From positions 1,180 through 65,179 of the forward strand of contig CAWFAD010000011.1 of assembly GCA_963813815.1 (NCBI GenBank): a DNA stretch of 64,000 bases, written 5' to 3'. Positions 62,017-64,000 of this stretch are shown in pieces. This DNA is from an uncultured bacterium. GTDB lineage: Bacteria; Krumholzibacteriota; Krumholzibacteriia; Krumholzibacteriales; Krumholzibacteriaceae. The notes beneath the pieces were generated by a model. That model did not search any database. It was not told the origin of the DNA and saw only the letters and a list, made by a program, of their open reading frames with translations. Position numbers and translations under genes: made by a program. Within the stretch, counting starts at the first letter, position 1. Each line of letters opens with the position of its first letter.

Positions 62017-62033
62017 TGAACAATCAGTTCAAA
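62017..62033. promoter_or_regulatory. perfect palindrome TTGAAC-aatca-GTTCAA in the gap between precursor genes 4 and 3 (candidate operator or internal promoter element)
   Basis: Read directly from the sequence. Lies in the only long (about 250 bp) spacer inside the peptide array, about 75 bp upstream of the peptide 3 start codon. Confidence 0.3.
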
Positions 62034-62106
62034 AATAACCCTTTAATTTTGTCATAGAGCGCGGCGGGAGTCAAGGTATTTGGGAGTGGCCCGCGGAAAG
62101 GGAAAT

Positions 62107-62130
62107 GGCGCGCTCCCGGAGGAGCGCGCC
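62107..62130 (-). terminator. GC-rich hairpin GGCGCGCTCC-cgga-GGAGCGCGCC downstream of precursor gene 4 (possible attenuator or partial terminator)
   Basis: 10-bp perfect stem with a 4-nt loop. On the minus strand it is followed by a pyrimidine-rich ATTTCCCTTTCC stretch. A second, weaker hairpin (AGCACTT...AAGTGCT) lies at 62149-62174. Confidence 0.35.
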
Positions 62131-62209
62131 ATTCCATGGCGCATTCTCAGCACTTCGGAAATCCGCAAAGTGCTTGCGGGCACCGATGCTCATCGCGCGC
62201 CGGCTCCGA

Positions 62210-62308
62210 TCAGTAGCAGGCGAGTGGATTCTCCTTGCAGAGAAAGCACATTGTGATCCTCGGCATGGCCGATTTGCGCGTCTCGGCGGGCTTTACGACG
62301 AACTTCAT
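62210..62308 (-). CDS. candidate RiPP precursor peptide 4 (32 aa): MKFVVKPAETRKSAMPRITMCFLCKENPLACY
   Basis: RBS AAGGAGGTG upstream. Same family motif. Followed by two hairpins. Confidence 0.6.
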   Translation of the reverse strand: MKFVVKPAETRKSAMPRITMCFLCKENPLACY

Positions 62309-62349
62309 ACTTCACCTCCTTACGATGAACTTGATGTGTTCCCCCTCGC

Positions 62350-62466
62350 TCACTCGCACCAGTGCGGGTCTTCCGAGCAGAGGGCGCAGAGCGTATGTCT
62401 CGGAATAACGCCATCCGAAGGCTTCGCATGGCGCGTTTCGGGGTTTGATGTCACGATGAACTTCAT
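62350..62466 (-). CDS. candidate RiPP precursor peptide 5 (38 aa): MKFIVTSNPETRHAKPSDGVIPRHTLCALCSEDPHWCE
   Basis: RBS GGAGGAG upstream. Same family motif. Confidence 0.6.
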   Translation of the reverse strand: MKFIVTSNPETRHAKPSDGVIPRHTLCALCSEDPHWCE

Positions 62467-62486
62467 AGCGCCTCTCCTCCCTATTA

Positions 62487-62591
62487 TCACTCTTCGCAGG
62501 CGCGGGGCTCCTCATGGCAAAGCCAGCAGCGCGTCAAATGAGTGGAATTCGATCCGCGCGTCCCGAGCAACGGCTTCACGACGAATCTCAT
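62487..62591 (-). CDS. candidate RiPP precursor peptide 6 (34 aa): MRFVVKPLLGTRGSNSTHLTRCWLCHEEPRACEE
   Basis: RBS AGGAGGG upstream. Same family motif. First gene of the array, next to the divergent promoter region. Confidence 0.6.
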   Translation of the reverse strand: MRFVVKPLLGTRGSNSTHLTRCWLCHEEPRACEE

Positions 62592-62687
62592 GAGTACCCT
62601 CCTTTCCCCTAGGCTGAATTGGATGCTGAATTCGTTAAGCTTGACATATATGAAATAAGCTGTCAACATATTTAACGTGAGACTGTT
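62592..62687. promoter_or_regulatory. AT-rich divergent intergenic region between precursor gene 6 and the ATP-grasp gene, with TTGACA and repeated TGACATAT / CAACATAT half-sites flanked by GTTAA...TTAAC
   Basis: TTGACATATATGAAATAAGCTGTCAACATATTTAAC is read directly. It is the only strongly AT-rich spacer in the cluster and sits between divergent transcription units. Confidence 0.3.
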
Positions 62688-63599
62688 ATGGAAAAAGAGA
62701 TAATCCTCGTCGGAATTCCCGGATCGGGTCTCGCGAGGGAGATTGCCGCGCATCTCAGCGGCACTCTTTTTACTCCGAGGATCCTGTCCGTCGACGCGCC
62801 CTTCGAGGGGCGGGCGGTGACGTTTGCTCCCGGGACCATCGTGTGGGAAGGGGTCGAGCTGCTCGAGGCGAGCGCCATATTCGCGGAGTGTTCGGTATTC
62901 AACTGGCCGCAGGCGCTCCTTCCCTTCGAAAACGATTCCAGTGGGCTCGCGTATAAGGAATGGGCCATCTTCCAGCGGGAGGCGCGTTCGCTCGTCGTAT
63001 CCTCGCTCTGGGCGGCGGGGAGGGAGCGCCCGATGATAAACCCGCCGTCCGCGGCTCACCTCGCTCTCTCGCCCTCGATAGCGCTCGATTATCTGAAGCA
63101 AGCGGGGATCCAGGTCCATCCGTGGAGCGTCGAATCGGCTCCGCCGGATGAAGGGGCGGGAGCGGGGTTGGTTCTCGATGTCTGCGGGCGCGAGCGCTGG
63201 CATTCCCCGCGCCGGCCGCCGGCCGGCGACCCGGCTCTCGTGCTCGAGCCGCACGATAATGAGGTCGTGACCTTCATGGTCGCGGGCGGCTCGGTCCTCG
63301 GAGCGCTTCGCTACGCGCGAGGGGAATCGTGGGCGAAACGGCAGACGGGATCGATCGGGGCGGATGAGCCCGGGCTCACGATCGATCTCGCGCCTTTTTC
63401 CGAAGCGGCCGACCTCGCGAAACGCTCGACCGAAGCGCTCGGGCTCGTTTTCGCGGCGGTATCCGTTCGCGCGGGCGCTCATCCCCCCTCGGTCATGCTC
63501 GTCGAGGCGAGCCCCGATCTCGAATCATGGAACGCGAAACTCGCGGGGCGCGTCGCGCGCTCCCTCGCCGATTGTCTCGTCGCCGCGGCCAGCTCCTGA
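62688..63599 (+). CDS. ATP-grasp-like (RimK-type) protein, candidate peptide maturase
   Basis: 303 aa. An N-terminal pre-ATP-grasp-like region is followed by a C-terminal region resembling the RimK ATP-grasp core (...LGLVFAAVSVRAGAHPPSVMLVEASPDL...). The usual E-x-N metal motif appears as E-A-S, so catalytic competence is uncertain. Confidence 0.45.
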   Translation: MEKEIILVGIPGSGLAREIAAHLSGTLFTPRILSVDAPFEGRAVTFAPGTIVWEGVELLEASAIFAECSVFNWPQALLPFENDSSGLAYKEWAIFQREARSLVVSSLWAAGRERPMINPPSAAHLALSPSIALDYLKQAGIQVHPWSVESAPPDEGAGAGLVLDVCGRERWHSPRRPPAGDPALVLEPHDNEVVTFMVAGGSVLGALRYARGESWAKRQTGSIGADEPGLTIDLAPFSEAADLAKRSTEALGLVFAAVSVRAGAHPPSVMLVEASPDLESWNAKLAGRVARSLADCLVAAASS

Positions 63600-63631
63600 G
63601 CCGGGGCCCCGAAGCAAAGGAGTCGGATTCG

Positions 63632-64000
63632 ATGAAAGCGTCGCGCTACAATAAGCTCTTCCAGGCTTCGAACGGCGCGTGGCTCGCCTTCAACGGGTGG
63701 ACCACCTCGCTCGCCGAGATCGAGCCGGAGCAGCTCGAGTTCTTCAGGGCCCTTCTCGCCGATCCCGACCATGTTCCGTGCGACACGGCCGAGAAACGCG
63801 ATATGCGCGAGGCGATGATCGAGGCTAATTTTCTCATCGAGGACGGCATGGACGAGCTCAGCGCGACCAAGGTCGACAGCATGCGCGACCGGTTCGGCGG
63901 AGATTACCTGTATCTCACGATAGCGCCGACCCTCAACTGCAACTTCCGGTGCGATTACTGCTACGAGGAGCACCTCAAGATCACGATGCCGAAGGCGATC
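63632..64000 (+). CDS. radical SAM / SPASM-domain peptide-modifying enzyme (5' part; runs off the window end)
   Basis: RBS AAGGAG. N-terminus MKASRYNKLFQASNGAWLAFNGWTTSLAEI... is typical of anSME-like peptide maturases. CNFRCDYCY CxxxCxxC motif at 63940-63966. Confidence 0.7.
   Translation, partial: MKASRYNKLFQASNGAWLAFNGWTTSLAEIEPEQLEFFRALLADPDHVPCDTAEKRDMREAMIEANFLIEDGMDELSATKVDSMRDRFGGDYLYLTIAPTLNCNFRCDYCYEEHLKITMPKAI

Noticed and set aside
61959-62209. 39-aa ORF (MSIGARKHFADFRSAENAPWNGALLRERAISLSAGHSQIP) on the minus strand in the long spacer of the peptide array
   Set aside because: No family motif (no Cys, no MKFVVK start) and no clear SD. The interval is better explained by hairpins and a palindrome.
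61402-62593. Track ORFs 61402..61620 (-), 61551..61766 (+), 61628..61951 (+), 61767..62057 (+), 62105..62593 (+), 62190..62429 (-), 62312..62515 (-)
   Set aside because: They overlap the six motif-bearing small genes in other frames or on the other strand. They lack ribosome-binding sites and any shared motif. The six SD-preceded MKFVVK ORFs explain the region better.

Overview
The window is 64 kb of high-GC (roughly two-thirds G+C by eye) Gram-negative-type DNA, except for the first ~1 kb, which is clearly different in composition. From about 2.3 to 53 kb nearly every gene is on the + strand and belongs to core metabolism and housekeeping. The recognisable blocks are a SagB-type dehydrogenase with a radical SAM gene, dprA, the split hldE heptose genes, sucCD, ndk, the yceD-rpmF-plsX-fabH-fabD-fabG-acpP-fabF-rnc fatty-acid block, an ECF sigma and anti-sigma pair, pilT, thiE, ftsK, rimO, bamD, nadD, polA, coaE, prfB with its programmed +1 frameshift, lysS, and lolCDE fused to mcsA-mcsB-clpC. 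Spurious GC-driven ORFs overlap these on the opposite strand throughout and were rejected. Several features suggest an FCB-group-like organism, possibly Gemmatimonadota or a related candidate phylum, although no rRNA or tRNA is present to test this. These features are a T9SS-type C-terminal sorting domain, a DUF4837 lipoprotein, BamD and Lol genes, and McsAB/ClpC in a diderm context. Bases 1 to about 1017 are about 50 percent GC and carry a frameshifted HAD-IB hydrolase gene fused in frame to a high-GC outer-membrane-protein fragment. This is a probable chimeric junction, contaminant or foreign insert. From about 53 kb to the window end the sequence has lower GC and looks accessory. It holds an orphan sensor domain, a helical lipoprotein, an 813-aa secreted protein with eight Cys-containing tandem repeats and a T9SS tail, and a DUF1624-like membrane protein. 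The main finding lies between 58.6 and 64.0 kb. It is an apparently undescribed RiPP-like cluster with six tandem 32- to 38-aa precursor genes, all below the ORF-track length cutoff. They share an MKFVVK N-terminus and a conserved C-terminal motif T-x-C-x-x-C-x-E-x-P-x-x-C. They sit upstream of a HlyD-family adaptor and a peptidase-less ABC exporter, and diverge from an ATP-grasp-like gene and a radical SAM/SPASM peptide-maturase gene that is cut off at the window end.
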